Below are positions 1 through 14,966 of a stretch of 64,000 nt of DNA, one piece after another (the stretch's first letter is position 1; every line of letters begins with the position of its first letter). Below the pieces are notes generated by a model. It did no database searches. It was not told the DNA's origin and saw nothing but the letters and a program-made list of their open reading frames with translations. Location: assembly GCF_009914755.1 (NCBI RefSeq), contig NC_060928.1. One strand, written 5' to 3'. The stretch is from the human T2T-CHM13v2.0 reference genome, Homo sapiens. The position numbers and the translations under genes were made by a program.

Positions 1-157
1 AATAGAGTATTTATAAACATGCTGAACATGGAGTATTTATAAACACACTCCATGACTAGAGTGTGCAATTTAAGCATTGCATTTTAATTAGAAGGGACCT
101 GATTATTATAGTATTTTGACCAATTACTCAATATGAACTAAGAGACTATTATAGTGA

Positions 158-410
158 GACAGTTTAATAGTGTGTTAAGAGCCTGGACTCTGAAATTATA
201 CTGTCTATGTTAAAATCCTGGTTCCTCCAAGTACTAGCTGTTCAGCCTTGGATAAGTACTTAACCTCTTTGGACCCCAGTTTCTCTTTTGCAAAGTGAGG
301 ATAATAATAGTACCCATCTACATCACAAGGTTGTGGTGAGGATGAAATCAGTTAATATGTGTATATATGAAGCACTTAGAATAGCATCTGCCATACATTA
401 ATAGTAAAAC
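158..410 (+). mobile_element. MIR SINE
   Basis: Core 'gccttggataagtacttaacctct...cagtttc...aagtgaggataataatagtac...gttgtggtgaggatgaaat'. Confidence 0.75.
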
Positions 411-788
411 TTATATAAGTTAATTATTTTTATGTACATCTATATATTGAATTGCACTGCCTCGTTGGATTCTAATATTCTTCCACCATCGTTCGTGTTT
501 CTCAGGATTGGCTTAAGGATGGAGAAGCAGTAAGGTCAAAGATTAAAAGAAAATTCAAGTTAACTAGGTAAATCTAGTATTCTGTCATTGTGAATGAAAG
601 TTGGGGCGCATTACTGTGGTAAATAATGAAAAAAGTCAGTGATTTGTGAAGATTTTAAAAGACTGAACCTTTTGATCTTGTTTTTTAAAAGTGTAAATAG
701 ATAGTAGGTAGAATATTAAACCAGTTTTATTTTTCAGCATGTTTATAAATACTATTTACACTATGTGAAATTACACACTTCAATGTGA

Positions 789-1206
<418 letters not shown>

Positions 1207-1734
1207 TATTACTATCATCATTTTATACTTTCTGCCTTATTGAAATTTAGTACTTAGCTTCCATCTATAAAAAAGAAAAATCATAAATATTTAACTTCCA
1301 TAAAACAGTACTATTTTTAAGACTCATGCAGGTCATCCAAAAAAGTTACCTACTGTAGAGTTATGGGCAAGGTTCTGTTAGATCGTTTGCTCTGAGATGT
1401 TGGCAAGATATTTAATTGCTGCCTAATCCCCTAACCCATAAGACAGTGCCCCACAGGTCCTTTAATGAAAATGTTTTTAAGTGTTCTACCAAAGTAATTA
1501 TGATGAGACCTATTTTATGATAGCACCTAATTATGATAACACCTTAAAAGGGTGTTCTAGGAGTCATCTTCTAATTGAAGCTGATGTCATCCTGTTAAAT
1601 GAAGATTTCCCAATGGCAACTGATTAAATGATCAGTTTAATCATTTAATAACATGATAATGCTGAGCCCCCACCTTAATTATTATTCTCCTATTTACAAG
1701 TAATTGAAGAGTATTCTCCTATTTACAAGTAATT

Positions 1735-2120
1735 ATCTGGATTGGAAACAATCCAGATATTCATCAGTAAGTGGCCAGTTAAATTATGGTCTGTCCTTTT
1801 GATGAAATATCATGTAGTTATTCAAAAGAATGAGTACTCTGCGAACTAATATAGAAAGATCTCAGTTATACAGTGTTAAAATATTTTAAAAGATGGGTGT
1901 AGAACAAAGTGTGTGTAGAAATGATTCTATGTTCATGCATAAAGAAATTCTGGAAGGATACCTAAGAAATTAATAACAGTATTTACCACTGGCTGGTACA
2001 CTGTAGGAACTGCATGGATGGGGAACAAGAATGTCAAAGAGAATACCACTGTATGCTTTTTTATATTTTATAAGATCTTTATCCCTGTGAATATATTACA
2101 TAGTCAAAAAATCAAACTGA
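1735..2120 (+). mobile_element. Old L1M(E)-type 3' fragment
   Basis: ggaaacaatccagatattcatcagtaagtgg...aaattatggt resembles diverged L1 3' sequence; boundaries approximate. Confidence 0.5.
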
Positions 2121-2551
2121 AAAATGCTTAAATCCCTAACATACCACCAAGAACTAATGTGTTATGATGCCAATGTAAGCAATGTTTAGTTTCTTCTCTT
2201 CATCACTGGCCTGTAGCCATCTCTCTCTTTCCATACCCAGTCTTTCTGATGTTGCTCTAAATAATCTTGGAGGCTTTTAAGGCTGCTTTGGAAGAGAAGA
2301 AAGTATATGCAGTGAATTTTATAAGCATGATATTTACAACTAGAAGACATTTGAAATAGACAAATGAAATAATAAAGCTTCGTAGTACATTAGCATAGCA
2401 TTGTATTTTGATTTTACAGTAGCAATTTCATAAAAATGTATCGGTATAGAATTCTGAGTTTGGAACTTTCTCCAGGACACGGTGTTTTTTAGTACACTGT
2501 GTCTAAACATTGGGTATAAAGAAAAGCATAAGGAATGTGTTTAATGAGTAG

Positions 2552-3135
<584 letters not shown>

Positions 3136-6100
3136 TGAGAAGAGGACAAGCTAATTAGAAAAGATCAGTTAGTCACCTCCTTTGAACAGCTTTCTAGTAA
3201 CAGGTCCCTGGATCCATGGTGCTTATTTTTAGAAGAGACAGTAGTATATTATTTTGAGGTCATGGAATTAGTCTAGCTTTTTAAAATAATGTTATTTCCA
3301 CCAAGCTTATATGAGATTTAGACATTGAGAATTTGTCTTTGAATTTGAGAATCTAACATTTATTGACTAACTCAGAGTTCAAGCAGCTGAGATGAAAAAA
3401 TCAGGCTTGCTGTTTAGGAGAATCAGCCAGTTAGTCAACCAGCCTCAGGCGGTGGAACAGAAAACTTGGCCAACATGCACTGTGAAACTATGAAAATGAG
3501 TAAGGCATCATTCTTTCTCTCACAAAAGATGCTTTAAGAAAGGGCACTCATAGGTTTCTTAAATAGTTATAATGTAAATTATGATTTTAATAAGTACCGA
3601 AAGTGAAGCATCCATAAAAATATAAGAGAATGTTGAAGAGAGAGCCCTTGGTCCCTTTATTCTAAAGCAGCCTCCAAAAAGAAGGCTTCGTCAAGGAGAT
3701 ATCATTTGGCCCTCAGCATTTGGGGTATATTTCAGCAGTTGGGTGTTAAACAGAGAAGGAGAGGGTTCTCTAGGTTTAAGTTACTTGAGGAGCTTAAAGA
3801 GAGAGGTAAACACAGCGTTTATGCAGAGGGAAAAAAGTGTTCTGAGCGCTCGGATGGACATGAAGGCCAATGTGGGTAAGGAAGGCCAGGGCCAGGCTAA
3901 AGAGGGCTGTGAATGGCAGCTTAAGAATTTTGCATTAATTCTGGAGAGGGATAGCCGGGCCTGCCTAGGTTTGGAATGATGGCTCTGACTTCTTTATGTC
4001 ACCACTGAGGGTACCATTTAGGAGGCAGATGATGAGTCAGAAGAGTAATGCAAGAATCCAAGTGAGAAACAGTGCAGTTAGTAAAGGTCCTAGTGCCAGG
4101 AATGAAAGGAGATGGTGGACTTAAGAGAGAGTGCAGTGATACTGTGATACAGTGATACTGTCAAGAGGGCCTAGAGGTCGGAGGTGTAGGAGAGACGGGG
4201 AGTCATAGATGGGTCTAAGACTCCCTGACCAGGAAGCTTGTGATGTGGTTGACTTGATGAAAGGAACAAGGGAGCAAAAGTAGATTTGGGTGGGAAAAGA
4301 AGGAGCTCAGAGTAAAACATGTTATATTTTAGGTCCCTGTGGGAAAATCAAGTGTAAGTTCTTAGTAGGCAGATCAAAAGGCAGAACTGGAACTCAAGAG
4401 AGGACAGGGTGAGAAATTTAGCATTAGAATCATCTCAAAACGAGATATAACAGGCACCAACTGAGTCATCATTCAAAGGTATTTCTTAACCTAGAGTCCA
4501 CTGACCCCCAAAGAGTCTGTGGATAGAAATGTACTTTGATATCATCAGCTTCTTTTATAATCCTGTTTTGTATTTTACATACTGAAAACCATGATTCTGA
4601 GAAGAGATCCATAGAGTTCACCAGACTGCAGAAGGGGCTGTGGCACAAACAAAATTAGAAACCCCTCAGTTGGAGGGAAGTGAGACTGGGAAGGGAGGTC
4701 AGTAAAATGATTGCCACGGGGCACCCAGATCCTTGCTGAGGTTGGAAACCGCAAAGGTGCAGCAGCAACAAGCCACATGGGTGGGTGTTGTCTCCTGTGA
4801 GAGCAAGATGTGATAGGTAATCTTTGAAGAGGGCTTTCCTTTCCTAGAATTCGTGCTGCCACAGGAGTGTTTAGAAAACGGTTCTACAAGTTCTTGTTTC
4901 TTTTCTGAGGTTGTGGCCTCTCCATTGTTTGGTCAGATTTGTAGTGCACTCTATATCCTGGTGGTTTGAAAACATTGTCAGCACAATAACTTTTCTTTCT
5001 TCACATGAGATTTCATACAAAATCCCAGTGTATGGACATGGTAGGCTTTGATTAAAATAGGGGTGAAGGGCCCTGCCAGCTCGGCCTTCCGAGAGGCTGT
5101 CCCACCTCTCCTTACTTCCCTATCAGGAGCTGCTGGAGGTCTTTTGAATGCTTCTGCCTACACAAAATGATGTGAAAATCACTGCTTTAATTTAAACACC
5201 CTTCTTTAAAAGTAGACACAGAAGAAAAATATGGATAATTTTTTTAGACTTTCTGAGGAAAAAAATAGATTTCTTCTCCAGAAATATGTCTTCAAATAAT
5301 GCCAGTTTTTGCTAACACAGAGAATCATGAAGAAAGAAAACCCAGGTTACCTGTATGTGTATGAACCTAGAAACATTCAAAGCTCAGCTTGGTATCTAGG
5401 CTGCCTGTCTCCCTTTCCCAGTGGTATCTATGCCTCAGAAAAGTATGTTATAGTGGGGGTATATTCAGGTGATTACTTTAATGCCTCGTTATCATAGTAG
5501 GAACTATCCAATGCAGGGATTAGAGAATGGGGTCACCTGAAAGTTCAAAATTGCACCTGTATGCTTCATGCACCTACCTTCCAGGCTGTCATTGATGAAA
5601 AGCTTCATACAATACAAAGTTTAAGAACTGTCTGGAGAAATACTTACCCATTGAGCTCTGAAGGAAAGAATGGACAACATATATATATATGAGGACAACA
5701 AATTACTTGATTCTATAGAAACCTTCTGGATTATAAAAACTCAAGATAATAGGACCAAGGAGAAATAATCTGACCAGGCAATATAACTGGTCAGAAAAGT
5801 AGTAGGCCATTTAGCATTAGAGTAAGTAGATAGAAATGGATCCAAACTGTACAACCCAGGGAAACATTGCATACATTTCTCAGAAGTCATTGAACACACT
5901 TTTCCTTACCCCCAGTCTCTGTAGTCATTCCCTATCTCATTGCCTAATTTTATGTTCTTCATTATTTTTATCAATATGTAAACCTGTCTTATCTATTTAT
6001 TTATGGGTCTATTGTCTTCCTACCACCCCGAGTACAAAGAATCTTCTTTAGGTCATAGACTATCTAGAACAGTATAAGTTGCATAGAAAATGCTCATTAA

Positions 6101-8301
6101 ATATCTGTGGACTGACTTATTGATTGACCAGCCAAGCTGCCATCCATCCTCATCTATAAGGCTAGTAATATGTTGGGTATCATCAGGTAAGACATTATAC
6201 ATAAATATAAAGCATCATACAGAACCAGCCCGGAGCTTTGCATCCTCTATGGTCATCAACATTGTACTTCACAAAAAATTATTGGAGATGGTTGGGTCCA
6301 GGGGAGACGATCGAAATAATCAAGAGAAGGATGATTGGCAGAGGAGGAAGATAGTTGAGGAACTGCTGTACAAAAGCAAAAAAAAATAAAAAAAAAATAA
6401 AAGAGACCATAATGATTTTTCAGTCTGAAAGATGGAGATTAGGGATAAATAATCTTTAAATTATGAAAGGTATGGCCAAGATAAATGCAGTCACCTTTAC
6501 TGGTAAACTAAAACCTGAAAAGTGAGAATGAGGTACTTTTAAGGCACATGCACAGAAATAGGTAGCAAACACTAGGAGATTATCCATATTTGTGAATTGA
6601 ACTATTATCTAAAGTCATCAACTGTTATGTAAAGTCATTGATTATTAAAGTCACTGGTTATTATTATACAAAGCTATTTTGGAGTGTTTTCAAAAGAATG
6701 ACAGCCTAACATAATGAAAACATCACTGCACTTTGAGACTGATCTTGACTCCATTGTGACCTCAGATAAGTCACCTAACCCCTCCTAGCTTCAGTTTCCT
6801 CTCCTGCAAAAGGAGAACTTGTAGTAAGTGGCTGCTTTGGTTCCTTCTAAAATAGGTTGATGTTTCATAGTACATCCCATGGTGCCATTGTCAAAAGCAG
6901 ACCGCAAGGATAAATGATCCCTTGAATATGGAGTGTGAAAGTCTCCATATTCAATTCTGTGGAGATTCAAACAGCAGGTTCTTTTATAAAGCTTATGTGG
7001 AATGTTCTGTATCAGTTTCTTGTCATTGGAATCTTACTAGCTGTGTTATAATTAATATTTTGCCCTTAAAATTCCCATTTTACAGTGAAATACAGCCAAT
7101 AAATATCTCTCTGCTTTAAAAGGTAAAATGAATACATAGAAAATACTAACTAGTCTCTTTGCTGGAATCCATGTCAATAGATAACATTTATTTCTGAAGA
7201 TAAATAAGTTGCCTGCTTCCCTCTTGTGTTTCATATGTCTGCAGTGAACAGTAATGAGTATAGCTGTAAATTAGTTATGATATAACCGATGGGGAAATTA
7301 TAAATCTGAATCTAAAACATATTTGATAAGTAAGTCAAAGTTTCTCCACTTAAAGGTCATCCCCTTCTAGTGGAAGCATATTTTTCTCAAAATTTGGCAA
7401 CCTTGGTTTTTTTTTTTTCCTGGGAAGTCTGGAGATGCTCAGCTTTTAAACAACTATTAAAGTGTACTTTGTTACCCTGCTTTCCCCTGCTTCATCTTTC
7501 AACTGCAGTTAGATGATCATGAGATAATCAGTAAACAGAGACCTTCTATCTAGCCCTAAGATGACTGAAACAACCACAGAATTAGAAATAATCGAAGTTC
7601 TTTCTGAACATAAGCATGACAAAACTGACATTGAAGAATCAGAAATAGAATAATTGTTAAGGGTTCAGCACTAATCAAAAAAAAGAATACCTCATTGACT
7701 GTATTTAATTTGAAAAAACGAAATAAAACCTCCTTAACTGCTCCAGCCCAAAAAAAGAGAAGAAAGGTATATGATAGAAAAAGAAGAGAAAGAAAAGGAA
7801 ACAGAAAGGAGAAACAAGAACACAGTAACACCACATAGGCAGTAACGGAACTCAAAAGGGCATTGGGGCTGGTGAGAAGCACAGATAGCGAGAAACAGAA
7901 AGATGAAAACAAAACAAAAAGAAAAGCAATCAGAAGTCTCAGAGGGCATCACTGTATTGTAGTCAAATAGTGGTCTTAGACTTTTAGCCCCAGTATCTCA
8001 TCAGTCACCAGAGGTTACAGATCCCTTGGTTACTGTTTTTCTGGCATCCACCCCATTTTTATTATCCTGGTGACCACTAAGGAATGGGCCTCCATCACTT
8101 ATGTCCGCATTGTCTCTGCCTCTCACTTTAACTCTTTAGTATGTCCCACACACACGTAAAAGATGAACTTCCTAAAATACCATCCCCTACACATTATTTC
8201 CCTGTTCAAAAACATTCAGCAGCTTTCTTGCCTGTAAGTTCATTCTCCGGGTGCTCCGCAGTGTTGTCCCAAACAGTTCCATTTCTCAGGAATTCCTTAT
8301 A

Positions 8302-10653
8302 CAGTCATAGCTTGTTTCTTTATATTTTGCAAATACTGTGATTTTTACAAATTGAAGGTTTGTGGCAATAGTGTCAAGAAAGTCTATTGGTGCCATTTTT
8401 CCCACAGCATGTACTCACTTTATGTCTCTGTGTCACATTTTGGTAATTCTCTCAATACTCGAAACTTTTCCATGATTATTATATCCATTATGGTGATCTG
8501 TGAACAGTGATCTTTGATGTTTTGGGGGTACCACAAGAAGTGTCCATGTAAGATGACAAACTTAATCGATAAATGTTCTGTGTGTTCTGACTGCTCTACT
8601 GACTGGCAATTCCTCCATCTCTCTCCCTCTCCTCAGGCTTCCCTATTCCCTATCACACAACCATATGGAAATTAGGCCAATTAATAACCTTACAGTGGCC
8701 TCCAAGTGTTCAAGTGAAAGGAAAAGTCACACCTCTCACTTGAAATCAAAAGCCAAAAATGATTAAGCTTAGTGAGGAAGGCATGTCAAAAGCTGAGATA
8801 AGCCCAAAGCTAGGCCTCTTGTGCCAGTTAGCCAAGGTTTTAGTGGTCTGAGTAGAAGATTAAACCAGCCACAACATTCCCTTTTACCAAAGCCTAATCC
8901 AGAGAAAGGCCTTAACTCTCTTCAATTCTATGATGGCTTAGAGAGGTGAGGAGGCTGCAGAAAAAAAGTTGGAAGCTAGCAGAGGTTGGTTCATGAGGTT
9001 TAAAAAAGAAGCCATCTCGATAACGTAAAAGTGCAAGGTGAAGCAACAAATGCTAACAGAGAAGCTGCAGCAAGTTATCCAGGAGATCTAGTTCAGAAAA
9101 TTGATGAAGGTGGCCACACCAAACAGATTTTCAGTGTACAAGAAACAACCTTCCATTGGAAGAAGATGCCATCTAGGACTTTCATAACTAGAGAGAAGAT
9201 GTAGAAATGCCTGGCTTCAAAGCTTTTAAAAACAGGCTGACTCTCAGGAGGTTGAGGTGGGAGGATCACTTGAACACAGAAGGTCGAGGCTGCAGTGAGC
9301 TATAATTGCACCACTGCACTCCAGCCTGGGCAACAGAGTGAGACCCTGGCTCAAAAAAAAAAAAAAAAAAGGCAGACTTTCTCATTAGGAGTTAATGCAG
9401 CTGGTGACTTTAAATTGAAGCCAGTGCTCATTTATCATTCTGAAAATCCTAGAGCTCTTAAGAATTATGCCAAATCTTCTCTGCCTTTGCTCTGTAAATG
9501 GAACAAGAAAACCTGGATGACAGCACATCTGTCTACAGCATGGTTTACTGAATATTTTTAAACCCACTGTTGAGACCTACTGCTCTGAGAAAAAAGAAAA
9601 AAAAAGGATTCCTTTCAAAATGGTAGTGCTCATTGACAATACACCTAGTCACCCAAGAGCTCTGAAGGAGATCTTTTCATGGCTACTAACAGCCATTCTG
9701 CAGCCCATGGATCAAAAAGTAATTTTGACTTTCAGTCTTATTGTTTAAGAAATACATTCTGTAAGGCTGTAGCTGCCGTAGATAGTGATTACTCTGATGA
9801 ATCTGGGCAAAGTAAATTGAAAACCCTGTGGAAAGGATTTACCATTAACCACATTTGTGATTCATGGAAGGAGGTCAAAATATCTACATTAATAAGAATT
9901 TGGAAGAAATTGATTCCAGCCCTCGTGGGTGACATTGAGGGGTTCAAGGCTTCAGTGAAGGAAGTAACAGCAGATGTGGTGGAAATAGCAAGAGAATGAG
10001 AGTGAGAAGTAGAGCCTGAAGATGAGACTGAACTGCTGCTCATGATTTAACTTTCATGGTTGAGGAATTGCTTCTTATGGATGAGCAAAGAAAGTAGTTT
10101 CTTGAGATAGAATCTACTCCTGGAGAAGATGCTGTGAACATTCTTGAAATGACAATAATTTAGAATATTCCATAAACTTAGTAAAGCAGCAGCAGTGTTT
10201 GAGAGAATTGACCCTAGTGTGGAAAGAAGTTAAAACTGTGGATAAAATGTTATCAAAACAGCATTGTATACTATAGAGAAATCTTTTGTGAAAGGAAGAG
10301 TGAATTGACAAATTTCATTTTTGTCTTATTTTTAAAAATTGCCACAACCACCCAGCCTTCAGTAGCCACCACCCTTATCAGTCAGCAGCCATCAACATTG
10401 AGGCAAGACCTTCCACCAGTACAAAGATTACAACCTGCTGTAGGCTTAGGTGATCATTAGCCTGTTTTAGCAATAAAGTGTTTTTAATTAAGATATGTAC
10501 ATTGCTTTTTAAGACATTCTGTTGCACACTTAATAGCCTATAGTATAGTGTAAACATAATTTTTTTGTGTACTGGGAAACCAAAAACATCATGTGACTTG
10601 GTTTGTTGCAGTAATGTGGAATTGAACCTTTCAATATCTCAGAGGCATGCCTG
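8302..10653 (+). mobile_element. Tigger1 DNA transposon, near full length, decayed
   Basis: TA|cagtcata...gaggcatgcctg|TA termini; pogo-type transposase remnants in ORFs 9295..9561 ([25 protein letters not shown]) and 9679..9999. Confidence 0.9.
9246..9370 (+). mobile_element. 5'-truncated Alu (right-arm/FLAM-like) nested in Tigger1
   Basis: gaggtgggaggatcacttgaac...cactgcactccagcctgggcaacagagtgagacc + A tail; degenerate TSD aggctgactctc/aggcagactttc. Confidence 0.85.
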
Positions 10654-11357
10654 TACTAAACTTTCACTTCAGCCAAACTTATCTACTCCTGTTCTCAAAA
10701 GCACCCTGTGTACATCTTCTTTTTCCTCTTCTTATATAAAACTGATTCTGAGAAGCCTTTCCTGAATTTCCCATCCCTCAGTGAACTCCTAAAAGGTTTT
10801 CCCCAAACTCCTAGAACACTGATCTGCACCATGAATTTAATGTATGTCCTGTTATAGTGCTGTCTCACTAAGTCTTTCCCCCACTATCTTAAAATTATGT
10901 TGGAGGGTTCTTGGCAGCAAAGACATTATGTCATGCTTTTTTTTATTTCCAGCATTTAGCTCATTGTAGATGCATAATAAATGTTAACTTTTTAACATGA
11001 GTTATTTTGTGTGACCAAGCAAAAGGGTCAATAATTTTTTAATTCAGCATCTTCAGGATCTTTTTGATGGATAATCAAATATTTCACTAGTTTTAACAAC
11101 ACTGGGGACTTAAGAAACTGTTGTAGAGTGGATTTGGGTGTGTACTGCTCTGTGGTCTCTCTGGAGCTAACTTTCAGCCTTCATACCCATTGGAATAAAT
11201 ATAACGCTTCTTGAAATTTACCATCTCTTCCTCTTTGAGTGCTTTCTATTTCCCTTTAAGATGTTTAAAAATACCATTAGAATCAGTGGTCTTTCTGTGG
11301 CTAGTGGTGGGACCAAATCAATCTTTTCTCCTCTGGTTTCTCTTCCTTTAAATACAG

Positions 11358-11501
11358 ATAAAGAAGAAGTGCAGAGGAAACGTCAGAAGCTCATGCCCAA
11401 TTTTTCGGATAGTTTCGGCGGTGGTAGTGGTGCTGGAGCTGGAGGCGGAGGCATGTTTGGTAGTGGCGGTGGAGGAGGGGGCACTGGAAGTACAGGTCCA
11501 G
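11358..11501 (+). CDS. NFKB1: NFKB1 exon 12 (NLS RKRQK and glycine-rich region)
   Basis: tacag| and CAG|gtacaa; 144 nt; [48 protein letters not shown] inside ORF 11261..11551. Confidence 0.98.
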
Positions 11502-12772
11502 GTACAAAAATACTTATTCTTCCTAAAACTTTTTCATATTGGAGAGGGTAGAATTTTCTTTTCTTTGGTTTCTGAGCATGTCTGTGAGTTGAGTGGCTAT
11601 GATATTATTGAGTATATTAATTAAAATTTCCTGACAAATGTAAATTTATTTTTCAAAGAAATCCATGTTCATTTTACAATATGTAGGTAATCTCAAAAGT
11701 CATTAAGAAGAAAAAAAAGTACCCCAAAGCCAGTTATTTAATGAATACCTTCCTAAAGATTTTGGTATATTTCTCTTTTACATTTTTTGACATAGTTGTC
11801 TTGTTTTTGTTTGGAAACATTGAAAAGATTGTATATTATCATACTACAATATAGCTATATATTAAACATCTCTATATACTACATTGTAGAAACTTTGAAA
11901 ATACATAAAATCTGCCATCAAAGGTTAACTACTACTATTTTTATGTATATGTTATAGTATATATTTGTAAATTTTACCCTGAATACAGCTGTGATCATCA
12001 TTATGCATTTTATTTTAATCCATTTATTTGCAATACTATTTTACTATCATTTGCACCATGACTGTGTGTATAGAGTCATAGGTGCAACGTTTACCTGAGA
12101 TGTTAACATAAACATTTCCTCCAGTAATATGAACTTTAAGCATAAATTTTAAGCATCATTTTAATGACTCATTTCCTCAAGTGAACAAACCATAGTATAA
12201 CTTACTTACATGTAGTTTCCTGTTTTCTATATAAAATGCTATACTGAACCTCTGTCCACCTAACTTTTCACTTATTCCAGATTACTTTTGTAAATTAGAG
12301 TCTTTGTAGTAAAATTACTACGTCAGAGGGCATGACATCTAATGCCATCTGTTTTCCCAAAGAGTTGTACCAGTTTATGCTTCCACCAAAAATGCCTAAG
12401 AATGAACAGTGGTGGCCATTTTTCCATTGAGGAGTCAGTATGTTTTTCTGTGCTTTGTTTGATTAAGTTTTTTTCCTCAAGGGGTTATTTTAATGTCTTC
12501 TACATAGGCAAGTCTGAGTTTGGTTGGTGACCCTCACTATTAGCCTCTCCCCTTCACATAGGAGTGAAGGCTTTCTCCATTACAACCCCTCCCCAAATCT
12601 GGGGTGCTGTCAGAGTTGCCAACATGTAAACTTTACCAAAGTGGAATTCTGATAGTCCCATGACCCCCACCATGTGTCTTAGTCCCAACAGAAAAACCAT
12701 GTGTGGGCACAATACTGTCCTGTCACACCAAAGGCTGTGCTCACCTGAGAGACAGACACTAAGTTGTGCTGA

Positions 12773-12919
<147 letters not shown>

Positions 12920-14039
12920 TAATGCTTTGTTCTTAATACCAAGAAAGGAAAAAAATAATTAATGCTAAAAAGGGTTTTTAAAATCATTACTTATCACAAC
13001 AGTATTATCATCTTGACAAATAATTGATGAATGCAAATAAACTAAGAAGATACTTTTCCCAAAAGATATTATTTCCTGTGGCTAGTATAAACTCTATTAC
13101 TTTTATATATTTTATATATTTACTTTGTAAGTGGCATGAACAGAGGAAAGAAAAGAGCATTGAAAAGAGACAACAGAGACCTGACTATTCAAATATTTTA
13201 AACATCATCAAACTTAATGTATTCTGTCTCTTTTTTTCTCAAATAGTACACTTCTGAAATCATTTTGAGTTTTATAGGATCGGTCTTTTCCCATCAAGTC
13301 ATCCCCTGAGAAGCTGCAGTTAAACCACATGTTGATAGTTTATATTACAGGTCCATTCTAGTGTACCCATGGAAGAAATAATACTATAAAGAAGTCTTCC
13401 CATTTATTGAATACCTATTTTTGTGCCAAGTGCTTTTACATGTTTTAACTGTTATCTTCATGACTGCTCTATATGGAAAATAGTAACTCCATTTTGCACA
13501 CAAAAGGCATCAAAGTTCAGAAATGTTCGTACTCACTGAAGGCACACAGAAGTTAGTGGCAGAACAAGAATTTGAAGCAGGTCTCCTGCAGAAAAGCTAG
13601 ATGCTCTCATAGTATCTGTCAGATAACATAGTTGAACCTGAAAGAGGGTGATCAGGAATGGTACACTGGATAACTCCCACACTAAAGAATGTGAGTCGAC
13701 AACACGTCTTTATGATTTGCTTTGTTCATTAGCATTAGGAAAAAACTGCTCTGTTTTCAAGAACTTTAAAAATTCAGCTTTCCTGCAATTCATAGAAGAG
13801 CTTTATTTCATTTTTCTCCTTTACAAATAAGCAAAATGAGATTTAAGATTTTAGAAGTATACTAAAAATGATTTTTAGAAATGAGTTTAGAATATCTCCA
13901 AAACATGGTATTTATGATATGACCATTTTTAAAAGAATTTTAAATTATTATTTTTCTTTTCCTTTTGCAGCAAACTTGTCTCTTACCTTTATCTGACCTA
14001 CATTGGAATAGCGAATTATCACTAAATACATTTTACTGA

Positions 14040-14270
<231 letters not shown>

Positions 14271-14789
14271 TGAGCACACAAATTACGTTCTGTTGGTTGG
14301 CTGGGGAGGGGTCAGTCCTAGGTGCAGAAAGATATCTGCTAATCTAAAGATGATATATCAATATCTAGTTTAGTGTACTCTTCAAAGTTCTGTATGCCTT
14401 TGGAAAAGCATATGTCAGATCATTTTATTCACACTGGGATTTCCATTTTTGCTCTGTTATCTTTGAATGTAAAGGACAGAAATTTATATGTACATTCTCC
14501 AGTCATAATCATGCAGTTTTAGGGTATTGTGAGAGATAATCAACTTCTTTTCTGGCACAGATAAATAGAGAAGTATTTCCACAAGCTTAATAGTCACCCT
14601 GTCTAGATTCTGGCTTAACCGTCATACTGAAATAGAACTTTGCCTTAAAATAGGAACTTTTCTTTTTATCTTGTGCCCTCTTTGAAGAAGTAGGATTAGG
14701 AGAAAATGTACTTTTGCGTTTACTGTGAACCAATACTTATTAGCATATGTGTCATGATTCTAGGTCATCCTAGATCGTACTAAGAAGAC

Positions 14790-14966
14790 GTCTATAAAAG
14801 CAAAGGTAGTAAATATTTAGAGTTGGTGGCCACATGTGGTGTCTATCACATATGCTTTTTTTTTACACCCCTTTAAAAATGTATAAGCCATGATTAGCTA
14901 GGGAGCTATATGAAAAGCAGGCCATAAACAGGTTTTGGCCCAAAGGTCACAAATGCCATTCCCTGA
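14790..14966 (+). mobile_element. MER58-like hAT-Charlie element
   Basis: gtagtaaatatttagagttggtggccaca...ggttttggcccaaaggtcacaaatgccattccctg. Confidence 0.5.

Noticed and set aside
5-54. 15-bp direct repeat with short inverted arms at the window start
   Set aside because: Short, AT-rich and at the window edge; probably a neutral micro-duplication
5530-5547. Nuclear-receptor direct repeat GGGTCA..AGTTCA
   Set aside because: 6-nt spacing is not a standard DR1-5 element, and there is no other support
7690-7930. Purine-rich tract giving hydrophobic minus-strand ORFs
   Set aside because: Low-complexity A/G sequence with no coding signature
9295-9999. Domesticated TIGD/CENPB-like gene
   Set aside because: Fragmented, frameshifted and Alu-interrupted Tigger1 transposase
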